Shown: positions 13,941 through 27,876, counted from the whole stretch's first letter. The stretch: DNA of 63,682 nucleotides, filler included, from Choristocarpus tenellus KU-1152 (GCA_964200185.2; 12 parts of 12 records of this genome joined end to end with filler, not necessarily neighbours in it), one strand, 5' to 3'. The notes: a model not told the origin generated them from the sequence alone. Program-made: numbers and translations.

Positions 13941-14991
13941 TCCTAAGTAGAATACAATCATACCCAAGGTATACACTATGTAAGGAGTACTGACACTTTA
14001 AACAAGCTCGTACAAATCACTAGACAAGAAGTGGCGGATATATTCAACTACAGTATACGCATCTACCTCTAGGAACGTATTTCATACTCCCACTATATTT
14101 TTTTTCCATCTCTGTTGTTAGCAGAAGAGATCTTGCCACGTGGCCTTAAGGAAAACAAAAAATATTTCCAGGAAATAAAAAAAAGGCTGATGTCAAAGGG
14201 ATTTGAAACTTCCAATATTTACGGAGCAGAAATATGGTTCTATTCTGAGTAAGCGAAAACATGTTCCAGATGGCTATTGTGCAGTGTTGGCAGTGAAAAG
14301 AACCTCCACAGTAAGATGTTTTGTGTGAGGGCCCTGAGCCTATCCTATGATTGGTCGCCTACAAAAATCGCACAAAAACAAAAAAAGATAACTGTGCTCT
14401 ATCCGACCTCCAAAAGGTGGGCCCATTGGATGATTAAAAATCTTCAATTCGCCCCTAAATAAAGCTGAATTCGACAGTTACAATGAGCAGTAAGACCCCA
14501 AGTCAAGAACATACAAAAAACTAGAAAAAGGAGGAGAAAAAAAAAGCTGAGAGTACTTGTGAAATAGACAACCTCACTCATCTTCAAGAAATAATAAAAA
14601 AACATGAAGAAACAGGTAGTACAGGAACCATTGACAAACAACATAAGAACCACAACATGTTCAGAGACCCCTATTGTTCAACAAGTATGTAATTCATGTA
14701 CAAGGTTTGTGCTTCAGTAACATCTGTTATTTTCAGAAGAAAAAAAAAAATCTGCTCAGATCAGCATCATTTTCAACAGTTTCAAAGCAGTTTAAGAATA
14801 CTGCATTGAGAAGGCGTTTCTAATGGCTTCACAGTGTGTGGTGTACAATAGGTAGACTAAGTCATATCTTCAACGTACTTACTTCACTGAGGCATTAAGG
14901 TAACCTCAGAATGGATTCTCCCCAAGTGGTTCGAGATACCTTCAGTGGTGTACCTTAGATCGTCAAACTGACTTGTCCTCCCCAAAAGCAT

Positions 14992-17037
14992 TTAGGGTGC
15001 CAAAGACTTCGATTCTTCCTCAAAATTGGTGACCCAGTTAGTGTGGTGTGGTCCATTTGCATCTACTGTACATCCCTGACTACAGAGAGTCGGGATGGTT
15101 ACTATACCCTTTTTCAAAGGGATATATATCGTTTCAAGATATCTCGATGTGCAGAGAACACAAATATATTTCTTTGCAATATGTTGTATCAACAGTATAT
15201 GCATTTAGAATATTATAGCAAATAAACACAAGCTAAACACGTATTAATTAAACACTCACAAGTCCAACCCTAACCTTGAGATAAGTACAAAAAAATATCA
15301 ACATTCAGCTTACATACTCAAAAGTTATCCTTTGTTCAGAACTTTTCACTGAACCAGATGAACAAGACAGGACTGCAGTCTGGGAAAATTATGTTTTTCA
15401 TAGGACCAGTCGAGGGCTATCACATAGTACAGCCAGAAATGAAAACAAAACAACCCAAATATGGCAGTCAGGGTTAGGGTTAGACCAAAGGCATCGATAA
15501 TCTAAACTGGACCAGCCCACGACCACTGAGATAAACAGCTTTGAACCGACCGGTCCATAACCTTGGTCCAGCCAGTTAGTACAGTCAACATTCCGAATTT
15601 CATGTTCAGAACCAAAACCCAAAAGAAAACAATTTATGCCTATAACTCAAATACAAAAAAAACAAATGCAAACCCCAAACCCTATGACCCTTATAAAATA
15701 CATCTTCAAAGAGAGAAAAAATAATATTTCAAACCGAGTCTACTATCGGCGAACCGATATCACGTATTCATAGGGTTAGGGAGCAAATCGTTTTTGTTTT
15801 TTTCATTAGTGCGTAGTGCTCACCTCAGAGGGTATACACTTAGCCCCAAAGAAGGAGAGTGCATGTCCTTGCTCCAGTCCCATGGTGACATCTAAAAATG
15901 GGGTCCTGCACCAATAGTAATAATTGTATTCCCACCAATACACACAAAAAAATATACAAAATTAGCAGACAAAATGCAATTGGGAGAAGGAGCAGGGGAG
16001 GGTCTAACTGTGAGTGGGTATTGGAAAGGCTGGGTCTTACTTCTCAAAGCAGGAGATTTATTCATACATGGCATAATCGATATCCCTCTGTTTTGGGTCT
16101 TCCCATTGAAATAAAACAGAGGATTAGATGTGGGTGAACTGTATAGCACACTATATAGACATTCTAGGCAAATGTGACTCTCAGTTTAGGTATTTCAAAA
16201 CGAAATCAGGACTACAAGAAAAGCTCAGTGCAGACTGATTGATGATAATATAAACAATAATGGTCATAAGGGAGGTCATAAGTCAAAGATTAAAAGCTTG
16301 ATGAGCTTAAAAACATTACTAAAATATTATTTATTTAAACGCAGCAGATGTAAGGATCATTTGGAAACGGAAGCTAGTGAGCCGAGTCCAGAATCTTTAA
16401 TTCATGATTCAGAGGATGAGACAAATACTAAATGAATAATTATGTAACAGTTCATTCTTTGTTGACCTACAAGAAAAAACAAATGCGAGGTCTACTTGGG
16501 GCACCACCATGCGCATAATGCACTATTTAGATTTATTTATATTTTATTTAGATTATACACACAAAAAGAAGAACAAAATACTTTTATCCCAGACTACACA
16601 CCACACACACACCACCCCAACATACAATACGTCAGAATAGTCTGTGCAACCTAGAACATGTCAATGTCCCCCTGATGAGACCGACAAAGGAGGACGGAAG
16701 TAAGAATAACTCTGGAAACCGCTGAGGCTGACAAAAGTGAATATCAACATACTAGTTTGGAATGAAATATGTTTGATTCGATCCAGTTTAAGGCAACAAA
16801 TGGTCTCAACGGTGGTAATATTTGAGTATGGTTATGAGCATCCCTACCCCTGACATATCACCTCCCTACCCATAACCCTAACTGAAGTTAGCAGTAACAT
16901 ACCAGTACACATCGGATCAGGCTAAAGTTCAACCTTCATGTCGTTTAACTACCTGAGTGCACATCAACCACCTGGTTTCTATCACCTTGGAAGGCATTTA
17001 CACATGTCCTAGCGGCTGAGAATTCCATTATGTGCCA
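14992..17037 (-). CDS. Probable downstream exons of the same gene (16986-17037, 15824-15891, 14992-15075)
   Basis: The three exons are phase-compatible with each other (WHIMEFSAARTCVNAFQ|DVTMGLEQGHALSFFGAKCIPSE|GCTVDANG...SLAP*). The phase link to exon 18421-18530 is unresolved. Confidence 0.4.
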
Positions 17038-17500
17038 CTACAAACATTACCTATTCTTATGCCTTAAATGATGCTCTTACGCTTCTACACAGGTAGAAAC
17101 GAAGATCCTATTAATAGTACTTGTATGCCTTGAAGTACTCACCCCTAACCCTATATGTAACCACATACAATGAATATTCAAGTACTATTAGTAGTCCTCC
17201 ACCTGTGAATCAAGGTATTCAGATGCCACTATTCCAGCGAGTTGCTAGCCTTGCACAGGACTCGTGCTTCCGTCAGTGGGGCATTCATATTTGTGTTGTG
17301 AATAGTATATTCGATTAAATTACTACCATTTGGTGATATCACCATTTGATGATATCACAACCAATGCAAACAAAAATTGATGGGTGATTTTTGATTGGTT
17401 ATTTTTGTGTGAATGTGCACCATACATGTTGCCTCTTGATCTCAGAAATTTATGTTCCTCCATTTGTGTTCCTCCATTTGTGGACTGCATGTACCTTCGG

Positions 17501-17623
17501 ATTATAGTCTGTCATATAATAGTCTACCACATAATAGTCTATCAGGTTATAGTCAATCAGATTATTGTCTATCACATAATAGTCAATCAGATTATAGTCT
17601 GTCGCATAATAGTTTATCAGATT
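17501..17623. repeat. 15-bp tandem repeat x8 (ATWATAGTCWATCAS)
   Basis: Directly visible. Confidence 0.9.
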
Positions 17624-18420
17624 AAGTGGAAAATTCTTCAATCGAATCAACTTATACAAGAAAAAAAATTAGTCACAACACTGGAGTAATATATATATAT
17701 ATATATATATATGAAGGGACAATTAAAGGTGAATTAATGATACCAATGATCATTTTTTTTTTAAGAATAAAAAATAAGAAGAGTAAAAAACAATGGAAAA
17801 TGTGTGAAAATGACGGCAGAGTAAAAAAAAATGAAAAAATATATTTTTGCAGACAGATGATTATGACATAGGAAAATAGAAAACATTCAAACTTCTCTTG
17901 ATAGGGTTAGGGAAAATGCTGTGCTTTACTCCGCAATTATTCCATCTTGTCAATTCCTTTCTAAATATAATGAAAAAATAGTAAAAATATTCACGGTCAG
18001 TCAACGACCTTCATTGAACTATCTCATCTGACCTATGCACTGTCGATTTGCTACAAACTTCCTCACAGTCCTTGATTTTTCCTCATATCGACTGTGAATG
18101 CTGACTGCACACTCCACCTCAATTCAATTGAGCTTATCTGATCTTATTTTATCTATTCTCTTCTATTCTCTTCTAGTCTATTCCTATTCTATTCCAATCA
18201 AAATATATCAAGTAACACATTCAAATCCAATCAACTGAAATTATTCCTATTTTCAACGCAGTATTAATTGGAGGTAACTTACATGTTCTCTGAGGGTACC
18301 TTGAAGTGTAAGGACACAACAATCACAGTCGGCTTCCCCATCATCGTCCTCACAACCCTAACCCTTCAATCACCCATCAAGAGTATGCAAAAATTATTCT
18401 TACGTCCATTAATCTCTCAC

Positions 18421-19852
18421 CCCAGTATCGCCACGCGGACCTTGAGGTCCTCAGCATCACAGTGAATAGCTCCCTGATCCTTTCGAACTCCCCCCCATTT
18501 AGTCAACGACTCTTGAGGCTTGACCATCACCTGAAAAAATAAATAAAATCCGTCAAAAAGCATGAAGAATAAACTCGAGGAACCTGTTAAGGCATCGCAG
18601 GCATGTATGCGTATGTCTTCAGTTCAGTATCCCCTCAGGCTTTGCCACAGCCCAACACATAAAACTGAAGTATATATATTCTATCACTACTGCAACACCA
18701 AGTAATATGCAAAGAACTACCATCATCTTCAGACAAGAGATCATACCCGAATCACTCCAAACACTAGGTAACCCTATACAGTACATATACACCACTGTGA
18801 ATCATCTGAGAGGGAGCTCGGTTCGAACCTTTGTGGGCATTTAATTTAGTGCATTCTTAAACCTTCCCCTGGAGGACCATGCATATGGCTCAAATGCAGT
18901 TAACCCTAACCCTTACAAGGGGGCGGCTATGGAAGAGGTTTTGCGGTGAACCCCTTGTTAGTCAAAAAGGTACCTTAACATTTATCAAAACACATATGCC
19001 GCAGGGGAGTCAGTCATTGTGACCATCAAAACCCAACTAACTCAACTGCACTCCTCTCTTACATGTTTACTACAATATGCTCTAACTCCAGGCGGTGGAG
19101 ACTACTTGGCTCCACAGCTGATCAAAGGTTGGTTGCTGGAGTCCAATCAGCGGCTACAGTCAACGGGGTTATGTGGGCCAAGTATACTAGTACACTAGTA
19201 CATTGGTACACTAGTACATTGGTACACTAGTACACTGGTACACTAGTACACTAGTACATCGGTACACTAGTACACTAGTACACTAGTAGACTAGTACATT
19301 GGTACACTAGTACACTAGTACATTGGTACACTAGTACACTAGTACATGTACACTAGTACACTAGTACACTAGTACATTGGTACACTAGTACACTAGTACA
19401 TTGGTACACTAGTACATTGGTACACTAGTACACTAGTACATTGGTACACTAGTACATTGGTACACTAGTACATTGGTACACTAGTACACTAGTATACTAG
19501 TATACTAGTATACTAGTACATTAGTACACTGGTACACTAGTACACTGGTACACTAGTACATTAGTACATTAGTACATTGGTACATTAGTACACTGGTACA
19601 CTAGTACATTAGTACATTAGTACACTGGTACACTAGTACACTGGTACACTAGTACACTAGTACACTAGTACATTAGTACATTAGTACACTGGTACACTAG
19701 TACACTAGTACACTAGTACATTGGTACACTAGTCTACACCGACCGTTGCATGAGAAACACACACAACCCTAACCCTAAACCTAAATAAAGGTCCAAAAGG
19801 TTCAAATTAGAGTGGAGAAAGGGTCTTTTACGGCAAGTGATACACATAATTC

Positions 19853-19896
<44 letters not shown>

Positions 19897-22800
19897 TCAA
19901 CATGCACACTAAGATATCAAAGATACATATGCAAAGACAGAGCACAACAAGGTCATAAAATACACAAATGTATCCAATAACCATGACATAACTCAAATAT
20001 ATTATTATTCATACTAATGTGATCGCTGTTTGTCTGAGGGGTCCTAGACCAATTCCTGAAGAGGTAGTCCTAAAAAAGCAAAGAACAGTGTACTAGAAAT
20101 GTACCAAGGACTATACAAAAATATAAAAGAGGAACAGCAACAAGCTACTATTGTAGCTACAGGGGATAATCAGAACATATAGAACTCAATGCACAGAAAC
20201 AGTCGCATCAATAGTTGGGATAGGGTTAGGGTTTGACACACTTGAAGTACATAAAAAATCACATAAAACAATAAACAAGAGAGTACTCAATAGGAGTAGC
20301 AATATAATGTACTATAGTTGATACACGCAGCACTTCATCCTAACAAAAAATAAAATAAAACCCACGATTACCACTTCCATACCCTAACCCTCTCACTGAA
20401 AAAAGTCTACTAAAGGTGTGCTCCTTCCAAGTTTAATATGCAAAATAATAATAGAAAAATAATATATATATATATAGTTTTAAAAAATACTTCCAAGTAA
20501 TAAGTACAGGAAAGAAATAAAATGGTAACAAACACCGCAATGAAATGTACTAATCATGCCGAGAAAGGGTACATTGTATTACAGGGGTTGATATGTTATT
20601 ATTTATGAAATGTACTAATCATGCCGAGAAAGGGTACATTGTATTACAGGGGTTGATATGTTATTATTAATCTGCCTTGCCGCCTGTTCAACGTGAAGTA
20701 TTTATCTGTTTTTGTCAGGAAAGCATTTTTTTTCTTTTTGAACATCAACTCCACCTCACCTTCCTTTCCTATTTACATGTACAATAAACTACTGTCTTAC
20801 CTCCACAGCAATAGGGCGATCTCTAGATCCAATAGATACTTGCTCCGGACTTTCCCCCACCAACCTGAGGTACCACGCAGTCAAGAGAACGTTTGGGTTA
20901 TCTGGGGGTCATGTACAGTGTATGGGAGATGCATTGCTATCAATAGATCACTATTTATTGTAGCGATAAAAAGGTATACCTCTTCCTGACTATCAGTACA
21001 GAAGATGTGTATTAACCTTTTAAAAAGGTGTACCTTCCTGAGTATCAGTACAGAAGATGTGTAATAACCTTTTTAAAAGGTATACCTTCCTGAGTATCAG
21101 TACACAAGATGTGTAATAACCTTTTAAAAAGGTGTATCTTCCTGAGTATCAGTACACAAGATGTGTATTAACCTTTGAAAAAAGGTGTACCTTCCACAGC
21201 ATTGATACAAAAAAGATCTACAAAAAATAAAACGCGTACCCTAATAAGTTCACAGATGTCCATACCTATTAAAAAATGTGTACGCAATATTAAACAAAAA
21301 GGTTCAAAGGTCTTTTTCGTTCAGCAATAGTGTGTATGGTTTCAGAAAAAGGTATACCTTACCAAGTGAAACACAACAAACATTACTTACCATAAACAGA
21401 CATTTAAACATTGTACCTTACTCAGATCAAGGTGAGGATAATTCTCCAAGTAGAAGAGTACCTAACTCCACACACTATACAACAAAAAAGATACATCCTT
21501 GATTGTTTTTTTAATTGACCAAAAAAAGATACACCTCTTTTTAACAAAACAGAATGATCCATCGATCTGTGACACAATACAGAATTTGTACTTAGAGCTT
21601 CCACTTGAGCTTCCACTTGGCTAGGGGACAAGGGACCAGGACCAGGGACCAGGGTCAGGGTTCATCTCCTTGGCAACAAGAAAGGTGTACCTTTTTACGT
21701 CATCGGCACTTTGTTCTACATGTTAAAAAAAGTATCCTAATTGGAAAGTACACTTTGCTCCTTACTCTTGAGATTAGTAACCATATAAAAATAAAAATAA
21801 GATCAACACTTACAAAATAAAGTACACAAATACTTTCCAAACAACACTGGAAAAGGTATGAAAAAAACTGTGCCATTCAAAAGCTTTTAAAAAATCCATG
21901 TATGTCAAATGATCATATAAGGTACAAGAAGTACTGTCATTCTACCGAACACATCACAAGATTCACTTGAACTAGAATAGTTACGATATCCAACAAATAC
22001 AAATAAAAAAAATACTTGAAAATATATATAATGAACAAAAACATTGTCATTCTCAGCACATTAAAGTATCCACAATGCCCAAATTGTTATTTTTCCAATA
22101 AACAATAGTAAATTAATATCTAACGATTCCAAGCACACTGCAATATCAACGAGATACCCCTGGTTCACATCTCACACACGTGAATATACAACAGGAAATA
22201 GTAAAAATAAAATAAAATAAAATAATAATATCTTTTCACACTCGTGAATATACAACAAGAAATAGCAAAAATAAAATAACATTAATAATACCTTTTTCAC
22301 ACACCTGTTGGTGACAATCACCTCCTCGCCACCTTCAAAGTAAACCTTGTCAGTCAGCTTGCCAGTCAGGGAAGCAAACACAGTTCCTTCCCCCTCATTA
22401 CCTACTCCATCAACTATTCTGCTGAGTTCGCACAGAGTTTGTGCCCCCTGTTCAGGGTTAGGGTCAGGTAGAGTGTCTGCATAGTTACGTAGTTAGGGTT
22501 AGGGGGAGGTAGAAATAAAACCTATAATGTTCTACTATTGTTGTCATTCACGAACTTGTCCACTTAGGGTTAGGGTTAGGGTTAGTACTTGTCCACTGAG
22601 TAGAACGAAACATTAGTCACCGTTTAAAAGGAAGTTTTAAAAAAGTTTTTAAAAAGTTTAACATAGCACATTGTACTCTCTACTAAGATAAAAATGAAGA
22701 CTGACAAATAGAATAAAAATATTTTAAAAAATAGAATGGGATCATTGATCCAGTATATTGAATAGCGCTACTACTGACTGTACCAGTTGTAGGCAATACA

Positions 22801-25800
22801 AAAAAAATATAGTGTACACCTAAGAGGCGTTACTGCGAGCAACATAGAGTGCACAGACCTTTCTTACCCTATTCAGAAATAATAGTACTTTGAGGTTTAT
22901 AAATGGTTCCAAGAATTCAAGTATTGAAAATAAACTTCAAGAGACGACAATGTTCTGTTATTAAAAAAAAATCAACCTGTGTAGGTTCTTAGAACATCAA
23001 CACACCATCAACTGAGAGCTGACTAGGCCAACAAATAAAAGGAAGAAAATATTTTCTGTCAAGTTATACTGCCTCAAAAAAAGTGACACAATAGGTAACA
23101 TCCACATCATCCTAACAAGAACAGGTCTCACAGATAACACATACATATAGGCATGTCTACATGTATACATGTATATGTATGTATGTATGTATGTATGATA
23201 TATATATATGTATATATGTGTGACATGTGTGTCATCCCTTTGATATAGGCCTTAGATAGAGCAAACAAAGGTCTTTTTGGTCATATTCATACAAAGTAGT
23301 CCTGATTGCCCTCAACAGAGGAAAGATCTTACTGTCCATCTACATTGAATGACAAAATTTGGTGAGTCAATCACATACACCAAACTGTCCCGCCAAGGGG
23401 CTAACCCTAACCCCAACCCTAACCCTTTACTGTCTGCACAACTGCAGAACAATTCCATTATACCATCATACCACACCAGTCAGACTGTTCTAGTGATAGA
23501 GGCGTTCCTAATGACAAGCATGTCATTTCCAAAATTCCTGATTTATTTTCTTCTTTTACTGGGAATGGGATAGAAAAAAAAATCGGGCTTTGGTTGCACA
23601 AAATCATTTTGTTTTAGGAAGGGGTCTTGTTATTGGTATGGTAATGGCATAGTGTGTAGAGGTAGCTTGTTAGATCCAGTGCAAGGTGTAGCCCATGAAA
23701 AGTCGGTGTGTTTGGGGTGAGCGCACACGCACGAGACAGAGAGCCAGCAACCGTAGCAACTTGAATAAATGAGTCTCAACGTGGCAAGCAGACACACCAT
23801 GGGGAGGAAAAGTCAATAATGGCACATCCATCAGAATAAGGGGGTGTTGGGATTGTGAAAAAGGGGCAAGTGGTAACCCTTACCCTAACACAACCTCAAA
23901 GGAAAAAAAAAAGTTCAGAAGGAGTCGTTGGTGGCACTAGCAAGAACAGAAGAGAGAGGGTCTGTACTGCTGATGTATCGTAATGTAACATAATATATCA
24001 TAATGTATCGTAATGTATCATGAAGTATCGTAATGTAATGTAATATATCATAATGTATCGTAATATATCATAATGTACCGTAATATATCATAATGTATCG
24101 TAATGTAACGTAACATATCATAATGTATCATAATGTATCGCAATGTATCATAATGTATCATAACGTATCGTAATGTAACATAATGTATCGTAATGTAACA
24201 TAATGTATGATAATGTATCGCAATGTAACGCAATGTATCATACTGTATCGCAATGTAACATAATGTATCATAATGTATCGTATTGTAACGTAGTGTATCG
24301 CAATGTAACGTAATGTATCGTAATGTAACGTGATGTATCCACCAAGAGCAATCCGTTTCTTGGATGATACAAACTTGTGCAGCACCAGTAACCCTGGTAA
24401 GGGTTCTTTTTTCCAATGAAAAAAGAGTTCCAAGAAGTACACAAAGTACATGTACATACTATTTCATACAGTTGATTAAATAAATTTCTCAATGCTTCCT
24501 TTTGTTAGTACTTTATTGCAAAGTTTACATAATACTTTATTGTAAAGTTGACAAAGATGAAAAGGAATTTACATAGTAACAAGTGCTCACAACCAATGAC
24601 AAAATAACAATTTAAAAAATAAAATACCTGATAAAGTAAGAACTAATTGAAGTATAAATATCTAAAAAGGAGAAACTGGGGGTACCTGTTCAGACTCACA
24701 TGGATATGCAGCTTCTCTATATGACAGGATACAAATTCATTCTCATAATATACAGTAATGCCTTCCATCTTTCAGTAAGCCATAGGCTGTTGGACATAGG
24801 AGGGACAAGGGATAAAGTAGTGGGTAGAAAATCCCACTAAAAAGAATAGAAGGGGCAGAATCAAATTCTCACATCAAACCCTAACTCACAAAATTTTAAA
24901 AAAAAATTAAAAAAACTTGATAGATATTTCTTCTTTTTTTTAAGTGTTTTGTAGGGCTTTTTTTTTCTTGTTGTTCTATCACATAAAAAAAATCAATGGT
25001 ACGCAACTTCCTGATATCAGTAACCAGGTATGTTGAGGAGAGGATTATCAAGAGCTGAACAATACGAGCGATATGTATTGGAGTATATCACTACCCCGAC
25101 AAAACAAGCAGGCCTGGCACTCACAATGACATTTTTATTTTTTTCTCTTGCTGGTTACTGCAGGATAGAAGGCGTGTTTCTTGTGTGTGTGTGTGTGTGT
25201 TGTAACGGAGCCAAAGTATCTTAGAGGGTAAAGCCGCATCCATTTGGGGGTCAAAATCCAATGTTGCGATTTTGATGTAATTTTGGCTATCTTGTTTGTT
25301 AGGAAGTGTCAATATATCCATGTTCGGAACACCCATTTTCATAACGTTTACACTTTCCCTACTCCGACACATTTTGGAGTAGGAACATGTCATAATAGAA
25401 CCCATGGGAAGCCAAGCCCCAAATGGACAAACAGAGATAATTTCGCTCATGAGGTGTTGAAGAGACGATGAACAGGACCACTGGAACGTCTGAATGTCTT
25501 GGGGATATTATTTTTTGCCAGACGATTACTGACATTTGTATTCTCAAAATTTGGATGACAATAAACAAAAAATATTACAAAATCTCTCACTGCACACAAA
25601 ATTTTCTGAGAAAATGTACACATCAAGAAAGAGGTAAAGAACGCCTTGAAAGGTTGCTCACCTTTGACGGGAATAGGATCTTGGCATCCATGAGTTTGTC
25701 CGAATTCACCCTGTGTATGATAAGCCCTTGGCAGTACACCCCATTTAGGGTTAGGTCACCCTCATTCACCATGTTCAAATGCGTTACATCAAACTCTCGA

Positions 25801-25803
25801 CTC
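18421..25803 (-). CDS. Unidentified multi-exon protein (core exons 25662-25803, 24343-24393, 22305-22447, 20801-20864, 18421-18530)
   Basis: Five AG/GT-bounded exons chain in phase with no stops: SREFDVTHLNMVNEGDLTLNGVYCQGLIIHRVNSDKLMDAKILFPSK|GYWCCTSLYHPRNGLLL|GAQTLCELSRIVDG...EEVIVTNR|LVGESPEQVSIGSRDRPIAVE|VMVKPQESLTKWGG...VRVAILG. A possible upstream exon lies at 26174-26248. Confidence 0.65.
19182..19733. repeat. 8-bp minisatellite GTACA(C/T)T(A/G), about 69 units
   Basis: Directly visible: gtacacta, gtacattg, gtacactg, gtacatta. Confidence 0.97.
20540..20668. repeat. 65-bp tandem duplication
   Basis: atgaaatgtactaatcatgccgagaaaggg...gttattatt occurs twice. Confidence 0.95.
20968..21196. 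repeat. About 52-bp tandem repeat x4 with palindromic junctions
   Basis: aaaaaggtgtaccttcctgagtatcagtacagaagatgtgtaataacctttt. Confidence 0.93.
23971..24340. repeat. 10-bp minisatellite (T/C)AATGTA(T/A)C(A/G), about 37 units
   Basis: Directly visible, in 10-bp register. Confidence 0.97.
25208..25448 (+). mobile_element. MITE family A copy (intronic), TSD ACG/ATG
   Basis: Left TIR intact, right TIR partly deleted. Confidence 0.88.
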
Positions 25804-26120
25804 CTGAAAAAAAATAGAAAAAAAATTGAACATGAGACGGGTAAAAGGTAACATGTATACAAAAGAAATAAAAAAAAGGAAATGTGAAGACAGATAAAAG
25901 GTAAAACATGTGTTTGGTATTTTTTTTAAATGGGAGGGAGAACAGAGATGTATTGTATGTATAAAACGAACCTCTTGTTATTGAGGTAAAAACTGTGGAA
26001 ACGAACCCGAGACCAGACAAAAAAAATATATATATAACTTTCATGTACATATATCGTAGTATGACTAATGCATGTTCTTCTATCTCCATTTTAAAAAATC
26101 GTAAACATCAGTGGGGAAAA

Positions 26121-26152
<32 letters not shown>

Positions 26153-27239
26153 GTGTACAACAACAGCAAGAACCATTTTGAAGGTGCTACTGTGGGAAGC
26201 AACAGGGGGAGGCAAAAGGGTTGTTGCCAACAATAATCCAATGCCCCTCTGTTCACAAAAAAAAAAATAGGCCAGAAGTGTAAGCCTATGGAACACAAGA
26301 GAGGACAAGAAATGCATCCAATACTCCATTTTTTGGGGGGGGGTTAAGTAGGGCAACAACAAGGACAAACGTGAAAAAGCCTTCCCTGTGTTGCCAACTA
26401 TTTTTACAATTTTTTTTATAATACTGTACACTGTACGCAGAGGTGCCGCACCAATCGAATCAGTAGCAAAAAATATTAAAAAAAATGACACGCGGTACAC
26501 AAGAATACCTTGAAAAAACATAAATATATGTATGCGTGTGCCCAAGGTGCAAAAATACAAAAAGGAGAATAAAATAAAATTTTAAAAAACTGTTCCAGTT
26601 CTCTCCGAAATTGAACGTGAAGAGTTCTTCGATGGTGAACCATTTCTCAAAAATCCATCACTTTAAAGAGTTTCGGATACTGCCCACGCAAGCACTGTAA
26701 AAATCCAACTGCAGAGTGACAAACAAAGCAGTATCCTCCCTGCCAATCCATCTCTCTGCCTGTTTACAACTATTCTGCCCACTACCAGTACCCCCATTCA
26801 CGCCAGATCTTGTTCTCACTCATAGTAAGAGGAGAAAAAAAAGATCANNNNNNNNNNNNNNNNNNNNNNNNNNNNNNNNNNNNNNNNNNNNTTAATTAAT
26901 TAANNNNNNNNNNNNNNNNNNNNNNNNNNNNNNNNNNNNNNNNNNNNATAGCGTCGTTTTGAGGTCGTTGGATTTGAGTTGTACATCCTGGAAAGGTGAG
27001 CATTGAGGGCCGCCTGTAACAGTAGGTGTGCTCGTATATAATTCCGTATATCGGTGGTCAGTGGTCAGTGGTTGCACTTTGCGTATGAGTACCACACTCC
27101 TTTATTAAAATCGCATACAAATATTATTTGTCGGTATGAGTCATCCTCTTAGAAAAATGTACAATTTTTGTCGTACCACTCATCCCTCTTTTGAACACGT
27201 ACAAATTTTTGTACTTACCACTCTCCTATGTTAATTTAT

Positions 27240-27610
27240 GTCCTCTGACATTATTTACTATTATACCCTCTGACATTTTGCAGATGTGTCAGGGGAAAAA
27301 AAATTCAATATCATCATTAGAACCCCTGTAAACGTTACGGTTGTCGTAAATGGGGAAGATCTCTCTCTAAAATACATTGACTGTTTGACTACCTGCTATG
27401 TTACACCACTCCACTGCTATGCCTCCAACCTAACCCTACACCACAGGACGAGGAGTTAGAGAGGTATCCCAAGAATCTGACAGGCCCCTCTTTGCCCATC
27501 TCCCTATTGTCTGTAGCATTAAATGCATGACACGTCTTGATAGAGCCACTTGTGTGGTGACATGCACTATCTGTCGTAAACGGGATTTGTCAGCTCCTTA
27601 CCACTCTCCT
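27240..27610 (-). mobile_element. Second, shorter 3' fragment of the same CRE-like family
   Basis: Encodes KGADKSRLRQIVHVTTQVALSRRVMH and shares the 3' end sequence ccctctga(c/a)attttgcagat...gtgtcaggggaaaaa with 35320-35360. Confidence 0.75.
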
Positions 27611-27655
27611 ATCTGCAGAGATGTCCAAACTGTTCCCTGCTACAAATACATTGAT

Positions 27656-27876
27656 GACCCAAAGTATCTGTGGGGGGGGGGAGTCTACACCAGAGTATCC
27701 ATTTGGACGAAAACCAGGAAAAGTGCGCTTTAATTGTCCGTCCAATGTATGGAACCAAATAACCAAAAATCGCGACATGAAAAAAATGGCGACAAATGGA
27801 CAGCCGCACCCCCCCAGATACTTTGAGCCAGGGCCAAAAACGGACGCCGCCACCCCCCTCCCAGATACTTTGACCC
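27656..27876 (+). mobile_element. MITE family B copy (27656-27829) abutting a related family C terminus (27830-27876)
   Basis: Two successive cccagatactttga(g/c)cc ends. Confidence 0.88.

Noticed and set aside
20968-21196. CRISPR-like appearance of the 52-bp and 31-bp arrays
   Set aside because: Units are head-to-tail with no unique spacers, there are no cas genes, and the context is eukaryotic.
22563-22584. True telomere
   Set aside because: Only about 3.5 units, internal to an intron.
24048-24492. Repetitive ORFs (YITLHYDTLR...)
   Set aside because: Translations of the 10-bp satellite; only 24343-24393 looks exonic.
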